NCBI RefSeq assembly: GCF_009914755.1
Contig: NC_060927.1
Direction: 5' to 3' (one strand)
Length of the DNA: 64,000 nt
Source of the DNA: the human T2T-CHM13v2.0 reference genome, Homo sapiens
The translations under genes were made by a program, and so were the position numbers. The notes under the pieces were generated by a model. That model did no database searches and had not been told where the DNA came from. It saw only the letters and a program-made list of their open reading frames with translations. This document shows positions 1 to 12,524 of the stretch, one piece after another; within the stretch, counting starts at the first letter, position 1, and each line of letters begins with the position of its first letter.

Positions 1-1693
1 TTTCTGAGCATAATTTAATATTTGAGATCAACTGCACAGTGGAATCAACCAAAAGTGATATTTTAATACCTCAATAACTATAAAAATGATTACATATAAA
101 AAGAGGAAAGAGTACTTAACTGACATTATTTGATCATGGTAAATTTGTAGCAATTCCAGCAAAAACTATATTATAGAGTCTAATAGTACTCTCATAATGT
201 ACTTTTTAAAACTGGGGAAATGTTTGTATATAAACTCATTCCTTCAAAGAGCCATTTCTAAAGTTTAAGAAAAATACCAAAGTGTAAAAGAATGCCTCTG
301 CCAAATGGAATCATGAGTGATAATTTTTTAAATAATTATCCATATGCTTTAAATGTTAGAAAAGAATATGTATTACTTTCAGAATTAGAAAAAAAATAAA
401 GGTTTTTTAAGTTGGCAAAATAAGAAACATAAAAAACATTTGTTCTTCAACAAAATTGCAAATTACTATCCACTGTAAATAAACTTTAGGGTCACTCTTA
501 AATAATTTGAAGGTAGAATGTTAAATTTTAAGATACAAGGTATATACAGTAAGACATGTATTTAATAAGCATGATTCCTTGTGTTCCTTGCTAACCATTT
601 ATTAAAAATTATTTTTCTACACAGATGCAAAGTCATGTAAAGCTGAATTCTAAAATAAAACCATCTATTTAGTGAAAGCAAGACCAACATTCAGGATTTG
701 ATTTACAAATAGAATCAGGGATAAAGTTACCACAGATTAAAAGTATAGAATAAGCCAGGGACTCCAGGACTGGTATGCAGCCTAAGACAAAGAGTATTAT
801 TAGTGGCAGGAATTAGGAGAGCTTCCTTGAGTTGCAAAAGGTCTCTGAAAATTCCTTGTCACCAGAGCATACAGCTTTTTTCAAAATAGGACATGTACCC
901 CTGTGTTCCAATAAGACAGCTTAGAGTAGCCCATAACAGGTAAAAGATTTCTAATTGTTTTGTGTTTTATTTTAAAATTCATGTCAAGGTAGCCTTTTAT
1001 ATCATAATATATACTTACTTGTTTTAATACAAAAACAGTTTTGTTAATTACTTAATGGTTAAATTACTTCATCAATGAGGAGTCTTCTTATGGTCACACT
1101 CTGAGAATCTAAATTATATCCACTAGTTCTTTTCTCTGATAGCATGCTGTATCTTTTTATGCATCACAACTTGTCAATATATATTGTCTGGTCTTTATAT
1201 TTGGTGCAGAGTTCCAAAAAGAGACTGTATGCTGCTTTAGAGTGGGAACTGTGTGTCTTGATTTTATGTCCAGCACTGCAGTAAATGATTAGCTTTTGAA
1301 TGAATAAAAAATAACTTTTGTCTCAAATACCTTTAAAAAAAATCTACCGACTGAAGGAAATTATACCACATTTAACTTGTGACTTTCAATCCTCCCATTT
1401 CACAATCCATGTCCTCCCCTCTACCCTCACCAAGATAAGATTGTCTGTTCGAAAAGCACTAGAATAGAATTTGTAGAGGGAATGCAATCCTAATGAATCT
1501 TATCATCAGCCCTTAACTTCATGTATGTCTTTGAAATATAATGTAGATCCTCTAAAGAAATACAATTTGAGCTGTAAAAAATGATCGTATGCATTTCAGA
1601 ATTAGTATAATCTTGCATTAAAGATAAGGCATTAACCCTGTATGAAGGTGAGGGGATGGATGCATACAGAGCTGGATAATAAACACATGGATA

Positions 1694-1890
1694 AATAATA
1701 GTGATAACTGCCACATGCTGAGTATAAAGTTTATTAGGCATTATGGTAAGTGCCTTATCTAAAATTCACGATAACCAGTTGTGACTTTTAACTTCATCTA
1801 CAACTGAGAAAACTTAATCTTGAACTAAGCAATTTTCCAAAGTCATACTATTACAAAGTGGTAGAACTAAAATTCAAACCCAGGTCCCTC
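1694..1890 (-). mobile_element. MIR SINE (diverged)
   Basis: gagaaaactt...aattttccaaagtcata...gtggtagaactaaaattcaaacccagg matches the reverse complement of the MIR core. Confidence 0.65.
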
Positions 1891-2430
1891 TATCGCATAC
1901 CCAAGAGTTTAGAGTCTTAGTCAATACATAATGTCTCAAAATTGGATCCTATCCTTAAATATGTGCTCATAGAAAAGCGAAGTTTGAAATAACTGCAGGG
2001 AAGGTTATCCAATGCCTTTAATTTCCTGTTTGCTTTGATAAAGACAATAACACACTGGGAGTCACTACAGGTCTTTTGAAGAAAAGAGTTGTAACAGCTG
2101 TTCCAACAACCAGTGCAAAAAGGGAGGCTGGAGATCTGTCCCATCCTTACAGTGGAGTTCTAGCCATTGCTTTAAATTGCATGACAGGTTGCACAAAAGT
2201 AAGTCTGGAGATTTGTCTTGATTGAGGTACTTATAACCTACTTCTGGGAACATGAATACAATCATATGTTCAACCATTTAATTTATGCTCAAACTCTCAT
2301 AAGTCATAGAAGCAAGCTGAGAGTTTGGCATATCGAAGAATAATGTTTTACTCTCACTTAGTGAAGAATTGCCTTTTTGGTTTGGCATGATTTTATTCTT
2401 TAGAGTAATAAAATTGATGATGCCAATGAA

Positions 2431-2545
2431 GATAATGATAGCTAATATTTATTGAAGATTTACTGAATGCCCAGTACTCTGCTAAGTACTTCAAATGTAC
2501 TTTCTCATGTAATCCTCACAACCCTTTGATATAGGCACTATTTTT
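2431..2545 (-). mobile_element. MIR SINE 3' fragment
   Basis: ataatgatagctaatatttattgaagatttactgaatgcccagtactctgctaagtac...aatcctcacaaccct. Confidence 0.7.
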
Positions 2546-2960
2546 TTTCTCTTTTTGTTTCATTGTGTTTATTCATTCATAAGTTGGAAATCCATCTTGA
2601 CCTACCCCATGCCACTCAAAGATTAGTATAGTATTAATCCTACTGTTAAGGAGTTCACTGCCTAGTACAAGTAGGCAAGCAGATGAGTCCAGTGTGATTG
2701 GAGTGAAAGCTAAGATGACCGAGTTACTGGTTAAAGTGTTCCTCTGTTATTCCTAACGTTGCCCTCCACCCTGCCCTTCTTCACAATTCTAGTGCAAGCA
2801 TGTAAAATCAGGAGCTTATCTTTTCTCTTTGAGTTTAGTGACTCTTAACTAGCATTTCATCTGCTTCTTCTTCCATCTTACACACTACACCAATGCATCT
2901 TCCCCTACCTACCCTTTAATCATATCTCCCCTTTGCTCATGGAATCTAGATTCACCATTC

Positions 2961-2963
<3 letters not shown>

Positions 2964-2994
<31 letters not shown>
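2964..2994 (+). repeat. Isolated A31 homopolymer
   Basis: 31 consecutive A with no attached SINE body. Confidence 0.95.
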
Positions 2995-2998
<4 letters not shown>

Positions 2999-3043
2999 AC
3001 AAGCTGCTTGCTTTCAAGAACTTCCATAGTCTTATTAAGCCTT

Positions 3044-3451
3044 TGTCTTAGTCTGCTTGTGTTACTATAAAAGAATACTGCAGGCTGGGTAATTTATAAA
3101 TAAAAAATATTTATTTGGCTCACAGTTCTGCTGGCTGGAAGACTGGGCATCTGGTGAAAGCTTCAGGCTGCCACCACTCATGGCAGAAGGTGAAGGGGAG
3201 CTGTGTGTGCAGAGACCACATGGCAGAGAGGAAGCAAGGGAGAGAGGAGAGGTGCCAGGCTCCTTTAAACAACCAGCTCTCGTGGGAACTAAGAGGGTGA
3301 GAATTCACTCACCCTCCCCTGTAGGGGAATTGACCTGTTCATGAGAGATCCACCCGATAACTCAAATGCCTCCCATTAGGCCCCATTTCTAACATTGGAG
3401 ATCAAATTTCTACATGAACTCTGGAGAGGACAAAAAATCCAAACTACAGCA
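3044..3451 (-). mobile_element. MaLR solo LTR (MSTB-like)
   Basis: tgtcttagtc...ctgggtaatttataaa...ggctcacagttctg...catggcagaaggtgaagggg...ccaaactacagca, with TG..CA termini. Confidence 0.85.
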
Positions 3452-4535
3452 GGTTTTCTCCTTTTATTCCCCAACCTGAGCCTGCTCTATTAACACAACA
3501 TATTTACTAGGGGAAGAGCACTTTGCTCATTTATACTTCTTTCCTGTAATTTATGACAAAATGCCAGTAACCTGTATTGAGAAACTCTGATCTAAACTGT
3601 CATCTTTGAGGACAGGACTATGTCATGTTCTTTATTTTATCACTCTTGGTAAAGCAGGTAATGTTTTGATAAACATTTGCTGAATTTGATTATCTACTGA
3701 AACAGTAGAAAGGGACTGCAGTTCTTAGTCAATATAATGTTTATTTATTGTTTTCATTAAGCCCATTGCTTATTAGTATCTTGCTATAGTTCCATGGCAA
3801 AATGCCTCATGAGTGAACAACAACCATAATGAAAAACAGATTTCTGCTCTATTTAGGATTTATACTGAAATAAAGGATTGATTCTCCTTTTACAGCCTCT
3901 CTTTTGCTCTATAGCAATATGACCTAGTATAAGGGAAAAATCAAGACTCATGATTAAAGAAGCTTTAGTGATTTTAAGAATCTCTCAAAGAAAGATGAAC
4001 ATTCTGGAAAGAGTTGAAGATCAAATATTTTCCTAAGCATGGCAAATTCACAGAGCAAGTCCTAGAACCCCAGGGTTAAAAGGGACCTTAAAGATCTTCT
4101 TTCATAATCACTTCAGATAAGAGAAGCTGGTTTTGGTGGCTGATATTTAATTAACTCAGTTCTAGGGGATAAAAAGTCCTCGGAGCAGTTATGCATCTAC
4201 CTCACAAGTTTCTCATGGCTTCGAAAATGGTTCACTTGTGGGAATTTCTATTAAAATGCTGTAACTAGTGAAATCAAGTAATGAGTAGCTCAGATCAAAA
4301 AAAAAGTGTGATAAGTTGGCTCTTGCTTGAATTTTTTTTAAAGCTAACTTAATTTTACAAGAATCTAAATGTTTTTGTTTTCTGCAAGTATTTGTGTTTG
4401 ATATGAAATTTATTTTCGATAGTAATACAACATACAGAATCCATGGACTCATGGACTCAAAAGCCAATATATTTTTTTAATTCTATGAATGCTGAATACA
4501 AAACTAGAAGGCACTGAATTAGCATTATAATGATT

Positions 4536-4588
4536 AACAACAACAACAAAACAAAACAAAACAAAACAAAACAAAACAAAACAAAACA
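4536..4588. repeat. (CAA)n/(CAAAA)n microsatellite
   Basis: Direct reading. Confidence 0.95.
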
Positions 4589-4599
4589 TGGATTTGGTG

Positions 4600-5485
4600 G
4601 GGAAGCAAGCTGGGGTTTTAGTGTTAATTCCTGCACTTCCTACCTGTGTAAGCTTGGGAAAGTTACTTAGTCTCTCCGGGCTTCAGTTTCATCACTTTTA
4701 AAATGGGTTAGTGATAATACCTACTTTATAGGGTTGTTAACAGCAGCGTATCCATGTGGGTCTGCAGCAGCCTCAGATTCTGCCTCCTCAGAAGAAAGAA
4801 TTTGACCGAATGACTTAAAGCAGAGGGAGAGAACAAGGCAAGTTTTAGAGCAGAGGTGAAAGTTTATTTAGAAGTTTAGAGCAGGAATGAAAGCAAGTAA
4901 AGCACACTTGAAAGAGGGACAAGCGGGTGACTTGAGAGATCCAAGTGCACAGTTTGACCTTTGACTTGGGGTTTTATAAGTTGGCTTACTTCTGGGTGGT
5001 TGTGTCCCATCTCCCCTGATTCTTCCTTTAGCGGGGCTGTCCACATGTGTAGTGACCCGCCAGCACTTGGGAAGTTGTGCTCATGCTCATTTGAGGCATT
5101 TTTCCCTTATCAGTTGAGTGTTCCTAGAGGAAGGTCAGTTAAACTCCATCATTTTGCTTCTTAGAGCACGTGCTTGAACCTACTCATCCAACTCCTGAGA
5201 TCTTATGGGGAAGCTGCTGATCACCAGCTTCAGGTGTTTTCTATCTGTTGGGAGACTGCCTTTCCCTGGCGCTGGTTGTGACCAATTATTATTTTAGAGA
5301 GACAGTTTAACAAGCACCTGACCATCAACTGATGGTTGCCAGGCATTCCTGGTGGGGGGCCCTCTCCTGCCCTGCTCATGTCAACCTAACTACCTGCTCT
5401 AACAGAGTTACTGCAAAGACTGAGGTAATACATTTAAAATACCTAACAGAGAAACACATAGGAGCACTCAATAAATGTTAATTAT
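4600..5485 (+). mobile_element. MIR SINE split by an LTR (4600-4734 and 5405-5485)
   Basis: The core ttgggaaagttacttagtctctccgggcttcagtttc...cctactttatagggt resumes after the LTR and ends cacataggagcactcaataaatgtta. Confidence 0.75.
4735..5404 (-). mobile_element. ERV1 solo LTR (MER50-like)
   Basis: TG..CA termini; 4-bp TSD gggt/gagt; tctgcagcagcctcagattctgcctcctcagaagaaagaatttgac motif; minus-strand AATAAA at 4863-4868. Confidence 0.8.
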
Positions 5486-5555
5486 CCTTTTTATTATTGC
5501 ATTGACTATCTTAATTCAAAATATTTAAGAATTATTTATCTTTATATTTTTCTTA

Positions 5556-6168
5556 TGCAGGGTTGAGGAGAATTTTCTTCTCTCTGAACGTCCAAATCTG
5601 TCTGTTAAAATGAATGGACAACAGATCCACAGAGGAGAAAGTAGGCAAATTTATTAACATGTACATAGACATGGGAGTCCCACAAATGTGAGACCCCTAA
5701 AGAGCTGGATGACTGAAGATTTTACAGCACCCTGAGGTTATAGAAAGAATAGGGGCTCGGGTCTTCCCAGGAGGAGGAGGGGAGGTGGTGTCACTGGTTA
5801 TGGGAAAATGGCAGAGGCAAAACCTGGCAAAGAAAGGCTGCCTTCTTATGCAGATAAAAGCCCCTCAGGTATCTGGGAGCACTCTCAGAAAGAATAAATG
5901 GTAGCCTGTGGTAAAAGTTTCTCTGTCAGACTTTAAAAGTGTCAGACATTGAGTCTTTTTTTCGGAGGGGGGATGGAGGGTGGGCAGTGCTCAGAGAAAG
6001 CCCATTTGCATCCACTCTTCACTAATGTAGATTTCTTGTTTAGATACAAATCATCCCCAAAAAACACAGCATTTCAGAGCCATTTCTGTGTCTACAGCCC
6101 CTCTGAGTAGCCATCTCAAAATATACCAAAGAAGTAGTTGGGGAGGGTGCATATTTGGGTTTCCATCA
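5556..6168 (-). mobile_element. ERV1 solo LTR (MER34 family)
   Basis: TG..CA termini; perfect TSD ctta/ctta; homologous to the LTRs at 7531 and 10732; minus-strand AATAAA at 5650-5655. Confidence 0.85.
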
Positions 6169-6412
6169 CTTATCATAAGTATCTCCATGAGACAAAATTG
6201 TAAAAACAGTTAACTAGCATTGATATTAGCTCATTTTATTAAATCTAGTGGATCAATTCTCTTTCAATAACCTGAAGGTTTTCAGGTAGCTTTCAGTTTG
6301 GGTGAAGAGGAGGCAATTTTGAAATTCTCTCATTGTAAATTTTTTTTTAAATTGCAGAAATAAAATGAGTTTATGAAAAAATTATGTTTAGAGAATGTAG
6401 CTTTGTAAAGCA

Positions 6413-6413
6413 A

Positions 6414-6445
<32 letters not shown>
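6413..6445. repeat. (AAT)n microsatellite
   Basis: Direct reading. Confidence 0.95.
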
Positions 6446-6447
<2 letters not shown>

Positions 6448-6676
6448 GTCTGACATAGGTCTCAATCAATTTGGAGGTTTATTTTGCCAATGATGAGGAC
6501 ACACCTGGGAAAAAGAGACACCAGTCACCATAGGACTGTGGCCTGCACTTTTTCCAAAGAGGGTTTCGAGGGCTTCAGTATTTAAAGGGGAAAAGTGGGC
6601 AGGGTGGTAAGGAGAACAAAAAAAAAAAAAAGAAGGAAGGTATGTAGTAAGGTGAGCGGTCGCATCCTTATGATGC

Positions 6677-7034
6677 TGTATTAGTCCGTTTTCACACTGC
6701 TGATAAAGACATACATAGGACTGGGTAATTTATAAAGAAGAAGAGGTTTAATAGACTCACAGTTCCATGTGGCTGGAGAGGCCTCACAATCATGGCAGAA
6801 GGTGAAAAGCACATCTTATATGGTGCTGGACAAGAAAGAATGAGAATCAAGCAAAAGGGGAAATCCCTTATAAAACCATGAGATCTCATGAGACTTACTT
6901 CCATGAGAACAGTATGGGGGAAACCGCCCCCATGATTCAATTATCTCCCACAGGGTCCCTCCCATATCACATGGGAATTATGGGACCTGTGATTCCAAAT
7001 GAGATTTGGGTGGGCACACAGCCAAACCATATCA
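6677..7034 (-). mobile_element. THE1 (MaLR) solo LTR nested in the MER4 LTR
   Basis: tgtattagtccgttttcacactgctgataaagac...acacagccaaaccatatca; 5-bp TSD gatgc/gaggc. Confidence 0.92.
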
Positions 7035-7530
7035 GAGGCTTTAGTGAGTGATCACTAAATCTACATGTTGCATGTGAAAGGAGCAGGCAGAGGAACAGTA
7101 AAGTATGGATTCGCCTTGTGCTTTCAGTAAAACTGCATTTTACATGAGATAAAGTAAACATAGAGCAGAGGAAGAAGTCTAATATGCATTTGTCTTGAGG
7201 TGGGGAGAGGATCGATTTCTACTCCTGTCTTTGTCCTGTACCTGTGAAGATAAGCTGTTAATTTACATTGTCAGAGTGAGTGAGACCATGCAGAGAGACA
7301 TGTGGCCTTCTATCTTGCACTTATCTGTTTAGAAACAAAGGATTTGTGTTTGTGTGACTCAGTTCGCAAGCTTTACTTTTCCCTTTGGCATAGTGAGTTT
7401 GTGGTCCTGAGATTTTATTTTCCTTTCACACCTTGACCTGGAATATAAAAGGATATATATGAAGATGGCCATGTAACATGTCAATCAGAAACAAAATTGG
7501 TCTAATGACATCTTCAGAAAGGCAACACTG

Positions 7531-8056
7531 TGAAGAAAACTAAAATATTTTACCCGTATATATATGTCTTTGACATACTTTGAGATGGTTGTTCAGAGGG
7601 CTTATAAACAGAAGTAGCCCCCAAATCTGTCTCTAGTGGAGACGATTTGCATCTGTAGAGGAAAAAAAAGTGAACTAAAGAACAGATGCAAACAGCTTTT
7701 CTCTGAAGCCCCCACCTTGTCAGTATTTAGAAAAGATTGACTGAGGGTCTGACACCTGGCTGTTCTCTCTGAGGGCTGCTACCTGAGAAGTTTCATCTGC
7801 ATAACAGGACCACCTTTGCTAGCCAAATTTCTCTTCGCCTTCTTCCATAACCTGTTCCAAGCCCCTATTCTTTCTGTAAGCTCAAGATGGCATAAAAACA
7901 TCAATAATCTTGGCTTTCTTTGAATTTTTATATTTTGAATGATTCTTTTGCACATGTGTGCACATAATTTGTATGCCTTTTTTTCCTGTTAATGTTTATT
8001 TTTATTTTGTTTTATAGACTCAAACTAGCAAATCTGCAGGTTTAAACTTCTCTACA
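7531..8056 (+). mobile_element. ERV1 solo LTR (MER34 family), sense to TAFA1
   Basis: tgaagaaaactaaaatattttaccc...ttgagatgg...gatttgcatctgtagag...ctctaca; perfect TSD actg/actg. Confidence 0.85.
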
Positions 8057-9209
8057 ACTGGAAGAATGAATTGGATTCTAGTAAGCCAAAGGGTAAAGCA
8101 AATCATCCAACTCTATTTAGAAGAGGCAACTCTAATGTGAATTTTTAGATATTATAACAGTTCTGAGGACGTTTTTCTTCTTAGAAAGCCTCTTCTTTTC
8201 CCCCTATGAACCAGTGGATCTTTACAACCTTGAATTAAAGGTGATGCATGGGTTTGGAGATTTATTTTTTCCCTAATGTCTACATTTTCATTTAGGAGGT
8301 ATTAATGCTTAAGACAAAAGGAAACTGCTTTGTTAACTTGCAACAAAGTAGATCAGCTCCAAGAGGGCAGAGAGCAGCCTGAAGGAGGAGGAGGAACAGG
8401 GCTTAGAAGGAGGCAACACCAAAAAAAAAATGCAAAAAGCTGACCCCACTGGCGGATGTGCATTATTCGCTAGCTTCTGTGAAAAAAAGGGTGACAAAAT
8501 GCTAAGTTGAAGGGTTGTTGGGAAAGGCAATTTCTTCTCATGCTAAGATCAAAGGGTTTCCATTCTTGATGGTTTAGATTCAGGGCAACAATATTGAAAT
8601 ATTAGGTGGGGTTTAAGTGGATAAGCATCAGAAATGGTAGTAAATGTAACTGGACTGTTTCTGATTAAGTGCTTGCCCAAAGGAAACTTCAGATTATAGG
8701 TTTTCAATAAACACTGGCAAACCTTGATTTGTGTCTTATGTAACTGAAAGTTTTACAATATATTTTTGTTCCCTTTCAATAGTGTATGTTTTTCTTGCTT
8801 CTCTTATGTAATATTGTCATCTGTTCATTCACATAAATAAGTACTTTTACCCATGACAAGAATCTTCCTTTACTTCCTTTACTTCATGCCCAGATACAGA
8901 GCACTGCCATCAAAAAGAAAAAAAAAAAAACAACTTTAAACTCTCAATCATTCTATACCCTGTGGAGGATTTCTGTCTTCTATTCAAACTCTGTTTTACC
9001 ATAATATTACGTTGTCTTACATATGAATACAGCTATTTAGAAGATTTTACCACCTATGCTTGCTGGCCATATCCAGTGGAATTGCATCATACATACTTTG
9101 GTCTGGTCCACATATAAGGCAAAAATTAAATATGGCAAAATTACCCTTGAGAAGTTTCTTAAATTGACAATATAATAGAGTAGACATGACTTTGCATATA
9201 GAATCCTAC

Positions 9210-9656
9210 TGTCGACCTAAAGGGAAGAGCCTGAAGCACAAAATGTAACTTGAAGAGTTTATTTGAACCAAAATAAGGATAGCTGCCTGGAAGACTCAGA
9301 CCATAGTAATCTTGGATATGAGCTCTACTGGCCATAGTTAAAAGCAGGTTTTTAAAGGGGGAAAAATGGGGATGGGGGAAAGTTTTTGTTAGGAACTCTC
9401 ATTGGTTTACAGAAATAACATTCATTAGTGATTGGCTATCCATTGTTAAGCTATAGGGCATGGGATATGGTGTCCACTGAGGCATTATTAGGTTAATGCA
9501 TAGCTATTTGTGGCAATTGCAAGCCATCTCCTTAGATGAATGTGTGTCTCAAAACAGAGGAAGCAGGGTGTGATTGCTATCTCATTTTACACCTCCCTGG
9601 GCCTAATAATTTGAAAAGGCTCACATTCCTCACATAAAAGTTCTTTTCTTTCCTCA
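9210..9656 (-). mobile_element. ERV1 solo LTR (MER65-like)
   Basis: TG..CA termini; perfect TSD ctac/ctac; reverse complement starts tgaggaaagaaaagaacttttatgtgaggaatgtgagcc. Confidence 0.78.
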
Positions 9657-10731
9657 CTACATAATAATTTTATTCAAAGTAAAGATTGAGGAACACTGAA
9701 TTCTAAAGAAGGGGAAGACTGAAGTAAGAAAAGCATAGAAGGAAAGCCTAAGGGCAGAGAGATGTCTGGATGGTTAAACCATTCTGCTTTTAAGTCAGCA
9801 ATCTCATCCCTCTAGTGAATACTGGATAGAGAGAGAATTTTAATGTGCTCCTGCTTTGCTTCAGGGTCTACTCCATCCCGTTTTAATGTTAATCCTCTGT
9901 GACATTATCATATGTCATTTGGCTTCTTTGTGTTGTGAGACTTAAAGATCATGGTGGAGAGCATCTTTGGAACATGGGGGATGGAGGGGAGTGAGTAAAG
10001 AACGAGGGTTCTCGTCCCGTGTAAAAACAGCCAACCAGAAAGCATCGTAAGACAAACACCTGGCTGACATTTTGAGGATTCTGAATGGGAAATGCCCAGG
10101 TGGATTTGGGAAGAGCTAACACAGGGAGGAGCTACAGAAATGACTGGGGCTTGTGTTGAAATCATTTTTCAATTAAGGCATTAAGGGAAATATAGAGTTT
10201 CTTGATTTGCATTGAGTGAATCTAGTCACTGGTTTTATAAAATTTTGTTATCAGAAAATGTGTGCTGTAAATATTTAGTACATACACTAAATTCATTGCC
10301 AGCTTCCTATTGTGGTCATCCTTGATATTCCCCTGAAAATTAGGGCTGCTTTATCAGAGGCTCAACTTTTGATAGTTCCCCCCACATCATATTAAACATA
10401 TTAAAAGGTAACCACAACTCATATCAACTATACTCTTGATGGTAAGGATATATTTTTATCTAATATTACTCTTGACTTTTATTTTGCAACTTTTCTTTTG
10501 TACTTTCAGTCAATTCATTTTTTCTATGCCAGGCCTTTGAAATTCTTCAAGGCCCTAGGCTAGGCGATAAACCCTAATGCTTGGTGGATAAATTTGCCTT
10601 TCTGAGAAGAATGCCTCAGTCATTCTGAAGAGTATTGAGGCATTTGTCCCCTTCATTGAATAGAAATAGTGCAAGATCTGTGCTCTACAAAAGCTAAGAG
10701 CACGAAAGTTCCTGAAGACCCAAAAATTAAG

Positions 10732-11298
10732 TGTAGGGGGCAAAGAAAAACTCCTTCATCTTCTGAAATTTTGATGAAAAATCAATGGGCAAAAGGCAGG
10801 TTAATAAAAGAAAAGGCATACAAATTTATTAATGTGTACATGAGGGAGAATCACAGTGATTACACTAACCCCCTAATGGCATATAAAAACTTACATACTA
10901 TCTTGAAACTTCATAAAGAATGGGGACTCAGTGCATGGCCCAAAACAGGTTATGATGGTAAATCAGGTTATATGGCAAGACAGGTTAGGGAAGGGAGAGA
11001 AAAGGAGGCCTGGCTAGCAACGTTGGTCTCACAGGTAGCAGCCCTCAGAGAAAATAGCTGGTAAATATTTCTTTTAGGCCTTTAAAAGTGTCAGACTCTC
11101 AGTTAATTTTTCCTAGACTGGACAATGGGGGCTTCAGAGAAAGCCTGGTTGTATCAGTGCAGATTTTCTTTATAGATACAAATCTCCCCCATGAAAGAAA
11201 ACTTTGCTGGACTACTTCTGTTTGCTGACTCTCTGAACAGCCGTCTCACACTATGTCAAAGAAGCATATTTTGGAGTAAAATATTTTTATTTCCTTCA
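10732..11298 (-). mobile_element. ERV1 solo LTR (MER34 family)
   Basis: TG..CA termini; perfect TSD taag/taag; minus-strand AATAAA at 10825-10830. Confidence 0.85.
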
Positions 11299-11346
11299 TA
11301 AGTCTTCCTCTTCCATATGCATTCGGCATAAAAACAAAAAGATTGT

Positions 11347-12057
11347 TTTAATTGCCTGTGGGTTCTTCCTGTCCACTGTACAGACAAAAACTAATTCACT
11401 GAGACCATGATATTGCAGTAAAGAAAGAGTTTAATTAACTCAAGGCTGGTCACGTGGGAAACCTGGAGTTATCACTCAAATTAGGCTCCCTGAAGTCTTC
11501 GAGGTTAGGATTTTTCAAGGGTAGTTTGGTGGGCAGGGGGCTAGGGAATGGGGAATGTTGATTGGGGTTGAAATGATAGAGGTGTGGCAAACAGTTCTCA
11601 TGTGCTAAGTCAGCCTCCAGGTGGGGGCCACAGGACTGGTTGGGTCCTGAGTGTGTGGGTCTCAGTGGAGTCAGTTGCTAGAATGCAAAAGTCTGAAAAA
11701 ATCTCAGTCAATTTTCGGTTCTACAATAGTGATATTATCTACAGGAATAATTGGAAAAGTTACAAATCTCGCAGCCTCCAGAACAGTAGCTGATTATCAT
11801 TTAACTACTTCTATATCTTAAGAGAATTCAGCCCCCTCTCATAGTCCTAACTTTGTGGCCTTTCATTAGTTTTACAAAGGCAGTTTACTTTTGGGAAGGG
11901 TTATTATTATCCTTGCTTTAAGTTTAAACTAAATTCCTCCCAAAGTTAGCTTAGCCTATGCCCAGGAATGACCAAAGATAGCTTGGATGTTAGAAGCAAG
12001 ATGGAGTCAGCTATGTTAGGTTTCTCTTACTGTCATAATTTTGAAAAGGCAGTCTCA
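11347..12057 (-). mobile_element. ERV1 solo LTR (LTR8 family)
   Basis: Reverse complement starts tgagactgccttttcaaaattatgacagtaagag...gactccatcttgcttctaac...aactttgggagg, typical of LTR8/8A/8B. It ends ~230 bp before the exon acceptor. No clean TSD seen. Confidence 0.8.
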
Positions 12058-12254
12058 ATCCCCAACAAAAATGCTGCTTGATGAAACCAGTCCACATAAT
12101 TATATTTGCATTATAAGGCATATAAATTAAAATCTTATTTTTTTAATAGAGCTTTCTTAGCTAGTCATGGAGGATTAAAGAGAACTTAGTGTGCTTCCAA
12201 GAACGTGAAAATCTGCAGAGGGACACAACGTCAGTGTTCAGGTTGTTTGGATGA

Positions 12255-12524
<270 letters not shown>

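Larger units (their letters stand above)
6404..7430 (-). mobile_element. ERV1 solo LTR (MER4 family) containing (TAA)n and a nested THE1
   Basis: Ends ttttcctttcaca (reverse complement of the MER4 start tgtgaaaggaaaataaa); TSD gctt/cctt. Confidence 0.85.

Noticed and set aside
10669-11064. 131-aa ORF
   Set aside because: It falls almost entirely within an antisense MER34 LTR and is a chance frame.
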